Shown: positions 1 through 12,752, counted from the first letter of the stretch. The stretch: 32,000 nucleotides of DNA from Ureaplasma parvum serovar 3 str. ATCC 27815 (GCF_000019345.1 NC_010503.1:330001-362000); one strand, 5' to 3'. Made by a program: numbers and translations. Notes: a model not told the origin generated them from the letters alone.

Positions 1-3000
1 AACTCTTCAACAATTAAAAATATATTTAATTATGGTATTGTTAATTTAGTTTCTTCTAATACCACACCATTAAAAACCAGTCATTTTGATTTTAATGTTT
101 TATTAAAAAATTTAATTGCTGTTTTAGAGGAAAAAGATTGAACAACCAACCAAAAAACAAAATTAAAAAGCCTTTTAAGAATGAGTGTTGATGAATTATT
201 AAAAAATCCACAAACTCAAAATTTTGTTACTTCTATAGAAGATTTTATTGCTAATAAATTAGGCGATCTGGTAATTAGTGCAAATAATAGTTTACTAAAA
301 TCAAATATGTCTGATATTTGAAAACTAATCAAAGAAGTTGTTCATGACTTAATTCATAGTTCTGAATCATATGATCTAATATTTTCAATTATTAATGACT
401 TTATTGATCATCCACAAAATTATGATAATTTAAATAATATTAATGATTTATTACCATTAATTTTAAAATCTACAAATAAAGAACTTCAAGATAAGGTTGA
501 TATATTATTTAAAAAACTTATTAACAATGAAAATATACCAAATTTAGTAGGAACATTAACAACAAATTTAATTGTCAAAAACTTCTTTGTTAAAGAATTA
601 ACAGTAGATCAAAAACAAAAGATTAATAATTTTATCACTAATATTTTGCCAACAATACCTAATTTAACTTTATATAAAGAAATCCGAAAACAAGCTTTTG
701 AATTTTTAACAAACAATATTAATAAAATTTTAGTGGATCCTAAAAACACTTTATTAATATTAAATGATGGGATTAACAAATTATTATCAAACATATTGCC
801 ACAATTATCAACCCTGATTGAATTAATTGATAACGATAAAATTAAAGATCAAGATTTTATTGATGTTATTAAAATATTTATAGACAATTTAGATTTTAAT
901 AAATTATTTGTCAATATAAAGTCTAATAATAACCAAACAACAGATAGTACTACTTTAAATCAATTTTATTTTAAATTTAAATTAAATTTAGAACCTAAAA
1001 AATTAATTTTCGATTTAATAAAAAATCTTTTGAATTCACCAATTTTAAAAGTAAATGATAATAAAAATAATAAAATTAAGATTGAATCTAATAAAGCTAA
1101 AATTAAGTCTATTCTAACAACTAGTGTTACAAACATTTTTGAAAATTCTAATCTTATGAATTTTTTTAATAATCAATTATCACAATTATTTAGTTCAATT
1201 GATTTATTTAAAAATTTAAATTTATCAAATCAACAACGTTTAAACTTTGCTAAGGCTATTGTTGAATTATTAAATAAAGAAAAATTATTATCAAATTTAA
1301 TTAATGTTTTAATAACTAACTTAATTGATCACGCTGATGAATATGCTGAAGCAACAGATTTAGCAACAATTTTATCATTAACAATAAAATATAATCAAAA
1401 TGAATTAAAAAATGCGTTTGATAAATTATTAATAGGAACTTTAAAAAATGATAATCTTCAAGATTTAATTTTACGTATTTTTGTTAAATTAATTAATCCT
1501 AACAAGTCTTATGATTCAATTAGTGTAGTTTCAATTAATAAATTGAAAACATTTATATCAAAATTTGCTACAGGAATTAGTAAATTGGATTTATATCAAC
1601 AATTAAAAAATTCAATATTTACAGTTTTTTCTAACAAAACAAAAATGCAACAATTATTATCAAATGATGTGAGTGTAATAAATAAAACACTACTAGAAGC
1701 ATTTAACATTGACACACCAGAAAAAGTTTTGAAAATTAGTAGTTTATTAGATATTAATGAAATTGATGCTCGTGATTATGCTGATATTATTGAAATTATT
1801 TTAGTTGAAATTGGTTTTAATGTTACAAGTATTCAAAATAATGATGTTAATAATAATTTGAAAACAATTGATAAAAAAACAAATGATTTTGCTTTTCAAA
1901 TTTTGAAAAAAGCTTTAAATAATGGTGTTAGTGATCAACAATTACAAAAAATTAAAAATGTTGTTAATTATTTATTAGATGATATTGTTAAAATTCATGA
2001 TTCAAGTAGTTTTTTAAGAATTCAATTAGAACAATTATCACATGTTTTAGTTGATAAAATTACCGCAGTTTTACCTAAATCATTAACAATTAAACATAAA
2101 TATACAAAGATTTTTTCATCGATTTTAAATAATCAAGATTTTTTACAAAAAGCCAAAACTTTATTATCAACAATTTTAAATGAACTGATTGATCATAAAG
2201 ATAAATATAAAGACATTAATTCGTTTAGTGAATTAATCTCCGTATTCTTTAAAAATAAAGCTAGCGATCTAAAAACACAATTAAAAGATTTACTAAATAC
2301 AATTTTAAAAAACCAAACACTAATCACTAATATTGGACAAGTAATAATAGAATCATTTAAACTAGAAAACAAAATAAGTATTCTAGATAGTGATCTTGAA
2401 CAAAATACGATTTCATTTATTAATAAAATTTTTGCTCACATTACAGAATTGCCAATTTATACTAATTTAGTGGATAATTTTTTTAATTTTTTTAGTGAAT
2501 ATACAAAAAGTTCTGACACAAAAACATTGAATTTTAATAAATTTAAAAGTAGTTTATTCCAAGCTATCATACCTAAAATAAGTGATTTTGCATCTCTTTT
2601 AGACTTATTTAAATATAATGAAATTAGCGAACAAGAATGAAAAAGCGCAATTACATTCTTTATTGATTATTTGCCAATAAATAATTTAATAAACTCTAAA
2701 ATTTTGCCTACTAATTCTTTATTATTTGTTAGAAATATTTCAATTTCAAAAACAAAACCAGAATTAAATAAAATTGAAAACATCATTTTAGATTTATTTA
2801 AAGCATTATCACAAAAAGCTAAAACATTTGATAATAATACCTTAACTAAAGCAAAAAACATTATCGAATTTACTTTTAATAAGCTTTTAACATCAAATAA
2901 TATTAAAAATTTTATTAATAATCTATTATCAAATTTAAGTCCCATTAGATCTTTTTTGAAATCAATTAATGTTCAAGATAAAAAGCAAACACAACTTATT

Positions 3001-6000
3001 GAACATGTAATTAATTCTCTTTTAAAAGATAAACAATTACAAACAATTTTTAACGCCTTAATTGAACCTATTTTATCAAATAACAATAATTTTGATAATG
3101 TTAAAACTTTATCAGAATTTATTAGTCAGATTATTATTAAAAGTGGAGAGAAAATTAAGCCAGCTATTACTAAAATTATTAAAAATTTATTATTAGATGA
3201 TGAAATACAAACATTATTATTACGTTATATTATTCCACAAATTAATACAACAAAAACATACGATAGTATTAATAATTCAGCTATTAATAAAATCAAAATT
3301 TTAATTACTAAGTTAGCAAATAATTTAGATAAGTTTAGTATGTATAATGATCTTTTAGATAGTTTATTTACAAAATTAAGCGATAAATCTATTTTAAATA
3401 AGTTATTAAATGATGATTTTTTATCAATTGGAAGTATTTTAAAAGAAATTTTTAATATAAATCAACCATCACAACTAATAAAAGTTATTGATATTTTTAG
3501 TATCAAAGACATTACTGCCCAAGATTATGTAAATGTTTTGAATGTTATCTTTAATGATATTGGTTTTAATAATCAACAAACAAAACAAAATATTACCAAT
3601 GATCAAAAATACGATATTAATATTTACTTTGAATATTTAAAAGCTTTAGTTGAACATAATTTTAGTGAGTTAACTAAAACAAAATTAAAAGAAATCGTCA
3701 AATTATTCGTTAAAGATGTAATGAATGATGACCATCATAACCATTTATGAAAAAAAATGACATCGTTTATTAGTCATAAATTAAGTGATTTATTAATTAA
3801 AAAAATTCAAGTATTAACTCCACAGAAAAATGAATATCAACAATTAGTTAACAATTTATTAAATGGTATTGATTTTAAAAATGTTGTCCAAAATTTAATT
3901 GTTGAAGGCTTTGCAAAAATAATTGATCATCAACAACAATTAAAGAACTCACAAAATTTTGGAGATTTAATTCAAAAAGTTATCAATATAGATGATGTAT
4001 GAATTAAAAAACAATTAAAACAACTCCTAAGTGCAATTACAAAAGACATAAATTTAACAAAAGCTACATCAACTACTATTATTAATTCGTATTTAAATTA
4101 TTTTGAAATTAAAAATCTAACAGAAGAAGATAAAAGAAATTTAATTAATATCTTTGACAAAATTTTAAAGCAAATTCCTAATTTATTATATTTACAAAAT
4201 ATTGTTGATCAATCAGTAGATTTTTTAAAAGTAAATATTGAAGCATTAATTAATCATCAACCACTTAAAAACACAACATGAAACGATTTTATTAACAAAA
4301 ATGTTACAGATATTAGTGCTTTAAGTAACTTATTAGAAATTTTTGAAACTAATGAAATTACAAATAATGAATGAAACCAATTAATTACGATTTTAATTAA
4401 TCATGCACCTATTGATAAAATTGAAGAAATCATTAGAAACATAACATCAAATTCAATAATTAACAATAAAGCACAAAAACAAGATATTAAAAAACAAATT
4501 GATAAAATTTATCTACTTATTAAAAAAGTTTTACAAACACAAACCTTAAATAAAAGCCATGCCAAGACTAGTGTTGTAAAAATTAACGAAACAATTAAAA
4601 CATTAATTGATTCTTTATTTGCTAATCAAGAAATTAAAACTTTAATTAGTAATACATTATCAAATTGGATTTTCAGTTCGAATTTAGCAAAAATTTTAAA
4701 TGTTGACGAAGATCAAAAAAATAGTTTAATTAAACCAGTAGTTGAATTTATTATTAGTAGTAATGATTTAAAAACAATTTTAAAAACCATAACAAATAGC
4801 TTTATTTTACATGCTAGTGAATTAGCGAACACAAATTCTTTTGAAGAATTAATTGTTAAACTTATTAGTTTTGAGCAAACTAATTTAAAAAGTAATTTAA
4901 ATAATTTTATTCAAAAAATACTTCAAAACGATAAAATTGATGAATTGTTAGCGCGTGTAATATTTAAACAAATTTCTCCACAAAAAAAATATGATCAAAT
5001 TCAGCAAATAAATAAAGACAAAGTGGTCACTTTTATTAAGAAGCTTGGTGACAATCTGACAAAATTTGATTTATATAATAAATTACTCGATAATTTATTT
5101 AGTTCAATTACAAATCAAACAAATTTAACAAAATTATTGAGTGAACAGCAAGATAGTGTAATTAATTTTATTAAAACGATTTTTGATTTTAGTGATCCTA
5201 AACAAATTATTTCACTAATTGATGTATTAAAAGTCAACGAGATTACAAGTAATGATTATATTGAAGTTATTAAATCAATTTTAGATGAAATTGATTTTAA
5301 TCATTTCTTTAATCAAGCTGTCAAAAACAGTAATCTTTCAAATTATCCATTGAATAAACATGAAAATGATAATGATAGTAAATTAGATATAAATAAGTAC
5401 TATATTTATGTAAAAACATTATTTGCGCATGAAATGGATTCTACATCAAAAGAAAAATTAAAAACAATTATTGATGAACTAACAAAAAAAATTGTTGAAA
5501 ATAATAATAAGGGCTTGTTGTACAATTTGGGCAATGGATTAGGTGAAAAACTAAGTAATTTAATTATTAATACATTCCCTGGGTTAACTAATTTAAAACA
5601 AAACTATAAAACACTAGTACAAAAAGTATTTACTAATCAAAACTTGTTTGAGCAAGTTCAAAATTTGATCACTTATGCAATCAATAGTTTGATTGATCAT
5701 AAAAATGAATATCAAAATTGTAAAACTTTTGGTGAATTATTAACAACTTACATTAATAAGAATCAAACACAAATTATTGATAAATTAAAAGAAGCAATTA
5801 ATAAAATAATCAGTGGTTCATCTTCATTAATTGATGAAATTTCAACATCATTTGCTAATACAATTAAAACATATTTTAAATTAGAAAATTTAACAGTAGA
5901 AGATATCAATAAACTAAAGTCATTTATTAATTTTGTTATCAAAAATATTTTCAATCTTGAATATGTTAATGATGGTTTAGTTAAATTAATTACGACTTTA

Positions 6001-7683
6001 AGTTCAAACGCCATAAAAATTGTTGATCAAAACACTAATTTTGTAACTGTTATGCAAAATGATGTTATTTCATATTTAACATCTCCGCAACAAATTGCAA
6101 AATTACTTCAAATTGTTGATTTGGATAAAAATGATGACATTTTAAATTTCTTAAAAGTTATTTTATCTCATTTGCCTCAAAACGCATATACTATTTTATT
6201 TGGTAATAAAATTAATCTTATAACAAAGAACACAAATCAAAAAACTAATAGAAGTGTAATTCAAAAATATACAATATTAGATTATGTAAAAACTATTTTA
6301 AATTCTTCTTACTTAAAAAAACAAGATACAATTGTAAAAATTAAACATATTTTTAAAGATCTTTTAGTAACTATATCTAAATCATCACAATTAAATAATT
6401 ATATTGGTGAGTTGATTAGTAATACTTTCGCACAAAAACTTTCAAATCTTAGTGGTGTGGATAAACAATATAGTGAATCATTTTTAAAAGAATCATATAA
6501 ATTTATTATAAGTGATGAAAAATTAATCAAGATTATTGATGAAGTAGTTAATGATTTAGTTGATCATAAAGATGAATATTTAAAAGAAATTACAAACAAT
6601 AATCAACCATCAATTAATATTATTTTAAATATGTTAATTAAACGAAATGTTGATCAACAAAAAGTTGATTTTGTACCTTTTATAAAACGTTATTTAGTTA
6701 TTGATTCTTCAACACAATTTATGGCTCAATACCTTTTTAAAACTTTAAAATTAGAAAATACTAATGATCAAGATGTAAAAATTGTTCAAACATTTGTAAA
6801 AGAATTAATTAATCAAATTGATCAATTAGATTTTGTAAATTTATTCATTGATAAAATATTTACTTTAATAAAAGAAAATGGACTTGATTTATTTACAAAA
6901 GAAGAGGGTATAAAAAAAGTAAATGAAGCTATGAAAACGTTTGGTTTAACTGAAACAACTAATTTATTAAAAATTGCAAAACTTGTCGAACCAAATAAAA
7001 TTAAACCCCAAACCATAGGTGATCTAATTAATTTAGTATTTGAAAAATCACCATTAGCTGAAGATTTCGAAAGTATAACACAAGATAAAAATCCTTTATA
7101 TTATGGTTTAAAAAATCTTAAAGAAGATAGTTTAAATGCTGTTTTATTTGCTAGTGGCAAAAAGAAAATAGGAGAAGCAGCAAAAGTTAGTGAAATTAAT
7201 ATGTTAGATGCTATCCAACATTTAATTAATAAATTATGATCAGCTCGTGCAGAATACGCTAAAAATCATCCTAATTTAGAATATGAACAAGATAATCCAT
7301 ATATGCGTTCGCTAATTCATTTAGGAATTGTGATGCAATGATATGTTCATGAAACATATTTTAGAAATGTTTCAGGTGGGCTATGATGGACTGGTTCTGA
7401 TTCATTATCGGGTGAAGGACGTGTCTATTTATTGCTAAAAGCAGATATGGGATCTGAAAGTGAAAAACGAGTACGCTCAATGATTATGGGGAATCGTGGT
7501 GCAATGCTTTGAAATACACCAAAAGAGTGGAATTATAATAAAAATGATTTTTTATATATGATTACATATTGAAAATGAAGAACAAATTCACGTTTTAACG
7601 ATTCTAAAGAGAAAAATAAAGCAACTTATATTTTCAAAGCTTTAAAACGCGGTTATGGTGAAAAAGTTAAAACAATGAAATAA
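1..7683 (+). CDS. Giant repeat-containing protein, 3' portion of the gene (5' end outside the window)
   Basis: Frame 1 is open from base 1 to TAA 7681-7683 when TGA is read as Trp. Track ORFs 646-2640, 2671-3750, 3757-4002 and 4945-7239 all lie in this frame and are separated by TGA codons. I read the intervening codons and found no TAA/TAG. The protein is Asn/Lys/Leu/Ile-rich and predicted helical, with periodic motifs. Confidence 0.93.
403..6900 (+). repeat. At least eight diverged ~290-aa (~870 bp) tandem protein repeats inside the giant ORF
   Basis: The motif (L/F/I)I(D/E)Hxxx(Y/L)...(F/L)x(E/D)L(L/I) recurs with its Ile/Val codon at 403, 1324, 2188, 3061, 3922, 4804, 5692 and 6559. Spacings are 921, 864, 873, 861, 882, 888 and 867 bp. 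Some copies are degenerate (3061 'LIEP', 4804 'FILH'). Confidence 0.8.
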
Positions 7684-7840
7684 TTATAAAAATATTAGAG
7701 ATTTTAAACAATCTTTAATATTTTTTTATTTTATAAAAATAATTTTGATGATATTGTATCTATTAATTTATTTTGTTAAATGTTAAAATATAATAATATT
7801 AGTCAATAAAAATAAAAAATGATTTAAGTAAATATAATTC

Positions 7841-8680
7841 ATGCAAATTAATATTAAAAAAATAATAATAAAAATAAGCACTTTTTTAGGGTTAGGAATA
7901 ATTCCTATTTTAGCAAGTTCTTGTTCTATTATTATTCCTGATTCGATTCCTTTAAAATCAAATGTTTCTTCAATTACTAATGATATTTCAAAATTAGCTA
8001 ATGATTATATTGATAATCAACACAAAATTATTGAGTCTATTAATAAAAATAAAAAAATTAGTTTAACGAATGAAATGATTCAAAAAGCAAAATTTTATGC
8101 TGGATATATTTCTCGTCTGCGTTTTATTCAAAAATTAAGATATGAAATTCAAAACGAAAAAAAAACATTGAATAAAATAATTAAAGTTGTGAATGATGCT
8201 GATATTAGTACCTTATATGATTTTAAAGATAAAAATCTAACTATTTATACGAAAACATTTTATTTCCATAATTATCAATTTGTCAATGCTAATAAAAAAA
8301 ATTATTTTATTTCTAAAAAAACTATTAAATCTGTTATTACAGAAAATTTATTAGATATAGGATTTACTTGAACAATTATTTATAATGATCAAACAAAAAC
8401 TTATATCAGGCCAACTGATTTTATGACCAAAAATTTTATTGATTATAAAAAAAATGAAAATAAAATTGCTACTCGTTCGAAAATTTTATATGATATGATT
8501 GTTAAAAATGAATCATTAAATATTAATCATAGTGAATATGAATCTTTATTAGTCAATAATGAATGAAAAAGATATTATGAAAATATGATTAATATATTTT
8601 TATATCAATATTATAATGAAGGTATAAAAAACGATATTGATTTTTTAAATCATTTTTTATTAAAAGATGCACTAAAATAG
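7841..8680 (+). CDS. Putative lipoprotein, 279 aa
   Basis: MQINIKKIIIKISTFLGLGIIPILASSCSIIIPDS: a hydrophobic signal peptide with an ASSC lipobox. The frame continues through TGA codons to TAG 8678-8680. Confidence 0.85.
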
Positions 8681-8689
8681 GAGAAAGAT

Positions 8690-9400
8690 ATGCCAAGAAA
8701 ACATTTAATCGCTAGTGGAATTAATAAGAAACAACAACAACAAGCTAAAATTTGAATGAAATGTGCAAAAGAAATTAAAGCTGCCGCAAAAATGGGTGGT
8801 CCTAACCCAGAGGCAAATTCGCGTTTAAAAGTTGCTATTGAACGCGCTTTAAATAATAATTTGAGTCGTGATTCAATTGAACGAAACATTAATGGTGCCA
8901 GTAAAGATATTGATAATTTAAAAGAATTAACATACGAAGGATATGGACCAAATGGATTAGCAATTATTGTTCGTGCTTTAACTGATAATGAGCAGCGGAC
9001 AATATCAGCTATTCGTGGTTATTTTTCGAAATTACAAGGTCAGATTGCTAAACCTAATTCTGTTAGTATGTTGTTTAATGAATGTGGACAGTTATTAATT
9101 AATAAAGAAACTAAATCTTTAGATGAATGATTTGAAATTCTTATTGATCAAAGTATTATAGATATAAATGAAGATGATAAAATTATTGAAATATTAGTTA
9201 AGCCAGAAGATTTTAGCACAGTAAAATTAATTCTTGAAAAAAATAATGCTGATATAAAAAGTGCGGAAATCAAACTTATTCCTAATGATTTCATTAGTTT
9301 AGACGAATATGCTCGCGAACGTTTAGTACGTTTTGTAAATGCTTGTGAAAACGATGATGATATTTCATGAGTAATTACGAATTACGAAGAAGAATTATAA
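8690..9400 (+). CDS. YebC/PmpR/TACO1-family protein, 236 aa
   Basis: MPRKHLIASGINKKQQQQAKIWMKCAKEIKAAAKMGGPNPEANSRLKVAIERALNNNLSRDSIERNI...YEGYGPNGLAIIV..LTDNEQRT is the characteristic YebC-family N-terminus. A GGAGAAAG ribosome-binding site lies upstream and TAA is at 9398-9400. Confidence 0.93.
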
Positions 9401-10107
9401 TGTCAAATATTGATGTAAAAACTAATTTTTGAAAATTAAATCAAAAGAATAAAAAGATTTTATTTCGTGTGCTTGGATATTCTAGTTTATCAGTTACTAT
9501 AATAACACCTTTAATTTATAAGATATCATATAATAAACAATACTCATTTATTACTAAAAGTATACGAGAATTAAAAACAATTGATACTAATTTTGTTTCA
9601 TCTTATTCAGATTTTTATATTCTTCAGAAATCAAGTATATCTAATGACTTGTATAATTATAATTTGATTAACAATTATCATGATTTTGAAAAATTAATAA
9701 AAAACGATTTGAATTTTGATAAATATAATAGTGCTTTGATTTATGAAAAAATAAAGGTTAGTTTATTAGAGAAATATAATGAAAATTTTTTCAAAAATAA
9801 CGATCTGTTATATGTTTCTTATAATTCATTAGACTCAAAATATTTTTTAACTTCAATTTTGAGTTTTGATTACAATAATTTATATTTACCATTTTTAAAC
9901 ACTAAATCGATTTTTAATGATGAGTATGATAATAAAAATTTTTATACAGATTCAGCTCTAAGTACTACTAAAACAGAAGTTAAATTTTTTAGTATTAATA
10001 AAAAATATAACATAAAACTTAAACAAATTAAAATTTATAGTATTGAAACGGCAAAGGATTTATTTCTATACAAAAACTATGTTCGAAAGAATAATAAACC
10101 TATTTAA
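9400..10107 (+). CDS. Hypothetical protein with one N-terminal TM segment, 235 aa
   Basis: The ATG overlaps the yebC-like stop by one nucleotide (TAATG). The frame runs through TGA to TAA 10105-10107. TM segment: VLGYSSLSVTIITPLIYKI. Confidence 0.75.
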
Positions 10108-10616
10108 TCATCATAATATTTTAATTTCAAATCATTAATCATTTTTTTAAAATTAATAACACCTGGAAAAATTATTTCTAATTCAATACATTGATCCTTA
10201 AATCATTGAAAGGGAATGGATTTCCGCTTAGTTTTTTGATAATAGTTAATTAATTGTTGAAAAGTGATAATAAAATATAGATTGTAATTAATGAAACAAA
10301 TAATTAAAAAAGAGAAACCTGAATTTTTATGAATTAAATACAAATGTGCTAGTTGGTGCGGTTGTATTTGTTTTATTAAAAATGAGTTTTTATTTGTTTG
10401 TTTAGCTTCAAAATCAAAATAATCACCTTTATAGAATCCGTAATAATCAGTTTCACTTTTTTGCTTGATTTTTCCTTGAACATAAGAATTATCAATATTT
10501 TTAATAATAATATCAACACACCTTTTTTTAAAAAAAGCTTGATATTGTAAATTAAACAAGCTAATTGATTTATTAATTAATACTTCAAGATGCATTCCAT
10601 TGTTTTTATTATTCAT
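10104..10616 (-). CDS. recU: RecU-family Holliday junction resolvase, 170 aa
   Basis: NNGMHLEVLINKSI..., TDYYGFYKGDYFDFEAKQTNKNSF, IKQIQPHQLAHLYLIHKNSGFSFLII: RecU signature residues D/E-x-K and G-x-x-F/Y. The end is extended past a TGA to TAA at 10104-10106. AGGAG lies upstream of the ATG. Confidence 0.88.
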
Positions 10617-10758
10617 CTCTAACTCCTATATTAATATAATTAGGGAAAAATAATTATTTTGTATGAATATAAAACATAATAACCTTTTAAATACATAATA
10701 ATGCTAATAATTAGGTTATAATTTTATATTATTTTTGTAGAAATATGAGGTAATAATA

Positions 10759-11325
10759 ATGGCAACAATTATTCAAGCAAAAGATTTACGTGCTGGCCAC
10801 ACTTTTTTATATAAAGGTAATATTTACCAAGTAATAGAAAATTCGTTTAATAAAACAGCTATGCGTGAAGGAATTGTAAAATGTAAAGTTAAAAATTTAC
10901 GTACTGGTGCAATCACTATTGAAGTTTTAACTGGAGAAAAACTTGAACAAGCAGTGATTGAAAAATCAAAAATGACTTTTAGTTATGATGATGGTAGTGG
11001 TTATGTGTTTATGGATAATGATACATATGAACAAATTTCAATTCCTTACAGTCAATTAAGTTGAGAGAAAAATTTTATTGAGGAAGGTACTGAAGTAAGT
11101 GTTATGCGTTATGATGGTGAATTAATGGGTGTAAGTTTACCAGATCAATTAGTCGTAACAATTATTGAAGCAGAAGAAGCGGTTCAGGGTAATTCAGTTC
11201 AAAATGCTACAAAACGTGCATGATTAGAATCAAAATGAGAGTTTCAAGTTCCACAATTTATTAAATCTGGTGAAAAAGTGATTATTAATCCATCAAATGG
11301 TCAATATGTAGGAAGAGCTAAATAA
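10759..11325 (+). CDS. efp: Translation elongation factor P, 188 aa
   Basis: [26 protein letters not shown]...[18 protein letters not shown]...; [67 protein letters not shown]. Confidence 0.97.
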
Positions 11326-11327
11326 TA

Positions 11328-11630
11328 ATGCAGTACATTACCATTAATAATACAAAATCAGGGAAGATTTTAATCTCAAAATCAAATATTAAAAAGTTTA
11401 TTGAACAAAAATTTAATTTGATTGTTAATAAAAAATTTGTAATTAAGAATATCGATATTGTTCAGTATGATGAATCCCTTGTTGATATATCTATTATTAT
11501 TTCATTATTTGATATTCATCAAAAAGTTGATCTTGATGAAGTAAGAGATGTACAAAATCATTTAGCTTCTTTTATTTATTCAAATTTAGGCGTTGATACT
11601 AAAAGTGTAAATATAGGGATTGATTTATAA
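11328..11630 (+). CDS. Asp23/Gls24-like (YqhY-type) small protein, 100 aa
   Basis: VDISIIISLFDIHQKVDLDEVRDVQNHLASFIYSNLGVDTKSVNIGIDL. It lies between efp and nusB, matching the Firmicute efp...yqhY-nusB arrangement. Confidence 0.65.
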   Translation: MQYITINNTKSGKILISKSNIKKFIEQKFNLIVNKKFVIKNIDIVQYDESLVDISIIISLFDIHQKVDLDEVRDVQNHLASFIYSNLGVDTKSVNIGIDL

Positions 11631-11632
11631 AA

Positions 11633-12016
11633 ATGAAAACTCAATGAGCTAAACGTGTTAAATTATTTCAATTTATCTATCATTGATTAATTACAAAAAA
11701 AAATAAACCGATAGCATTAAAATGTGCTTTAGTTGACTTTGATTTAGATCTTAATTGAATAAATGTTGGTGAATATATTTTGGATAATTATGAACAATTA
11801 ACAAAAATGATTAAACCTCTTATTAGTAAAGATTGAACATTTGAACGTTTATCATATGTTGAGCAAGCTTTATTGCTAAGCGCATATGGTGAATATCTGG
11901 TTTTAAAAACTCCTAAGAAAATTATTATTGATCAAACTTTAATTACAACACATAATTATTCTAACAACGAATCATATAAGTTTATTAATGCAATTTTAGA
12001 TCAATTATTAAATTAA
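11633..12016 (+). CDS. nusB: Transcription antitermination factor NusB, 127 aa
   Basis: MKTQWAKRVKLFQFIYHWLI...WTFERLSYVEQALLLSAYGEYLVLKTPKKIIIDQTLITTHNYSNNESYKFINAILDQLLN. This has a NusB-like C-terminal half. It is missing from the track because of TGA codons. Confidence 0.85.
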
Positions 12017-12021
12017 AAATT

Positions 12022-12726
12022 ATGCAACGTTACTTTGTTTCTAAAATTAAAGACAAAAAAGTTTATTTTTATGATTCTGATGTTCATCATATCAAGAATG
12101 TTATGCGTATGAGATTACATGATAAAGTTATTGTTATTAATAAAACAAAAGCATTTGTTGCTGAGATTATTAATCTTGAACCATTACATGCAACAATTAT
12201 TAAACCATATACTCTTAATTGTGAATTAGCTACTAAAATTGATTTATTTCAAGCAAGCATTAAACCAAATAATTTTGAGTGAATTGTTCAAAAAGCATGT
12301 GAATTAGGTGTTAATAGTATTTATCAAACAATTTTTAAAAGAACTTATAATCATTCACTAATTAAAACGAATCGTATTTTAACAATTATTAAAGAAGCGT
12401 GCGAACAAGCACGACGTAATCATCTTGTTAATTATTACGCTCAATTTAGTTTTAATGAATTATTAAAATATTTAAGAGATTATGATCTAATTTTAATAGC
12501 ATATGAAAATGAAAAACAAAATCTTTTAAATAATGCTTTTAAAGAAGAATTGACCTATCAAAAAATTGCTTTAGTGATTGGACCAGAAGGTGGTTTTGAA
12601 CAAATGGAAATTAATTTATTAAAACAATTCGATAATGCTATTTGTATTAGTTTGACAAAAACTATTTTAAGATCAGAAACTGCAAGTCTTTATTTACTTG
12701 CAAATCTTGTTAATAAGCTTATTTAG
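12022..12726 (+). CDS. rsmE: 16S rRNA (uracil1498-N3)-methyltransferase RsmE, 234 aa
   Basis: MQRYFV..., DVHHIKNVMRMRLHDKVIVI, SKxRTNRIL-like region, IGPEGGFEQMEINLLKQF, LGKTILRSETA-like KTILRSETASLYLLANLVNKL. Confidence 0.9.
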
Positions 12727-12752
12727 TTTTATTTAAGAAAGGAAAAAAAAGT

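Noticed and set aside
2641-4944. Interpreting the giant gene as several degraded pseudogene fragments
   Set aside because: All breaks are TGA codons in one frame. No TAA/TAG or frameshift was seen, and the repeat spacing stays regular, so it is one intact code-4 gene.
609-7016. Minus-strand ORFs 609-794, 2667-2945, 5763-6014 and 6822-7016
   Set aside because: All are antisense to the continuous giant frame-1 ORF, where AT-rich helical coding generates hydrophobic shadow ORFs.
1-7683. CRISPR-like or satellite DNA repeats in the repetitive-looking region
   Set aside because: The periodicity exists at protein level with strongly diverged DNA. There are no short identical direct repeats separated by unique spacers.
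8650-8889. Minus-strand ORF 8650-8889
   Set aside because: Antisense to the well-conserved YebC-family N-terminus.
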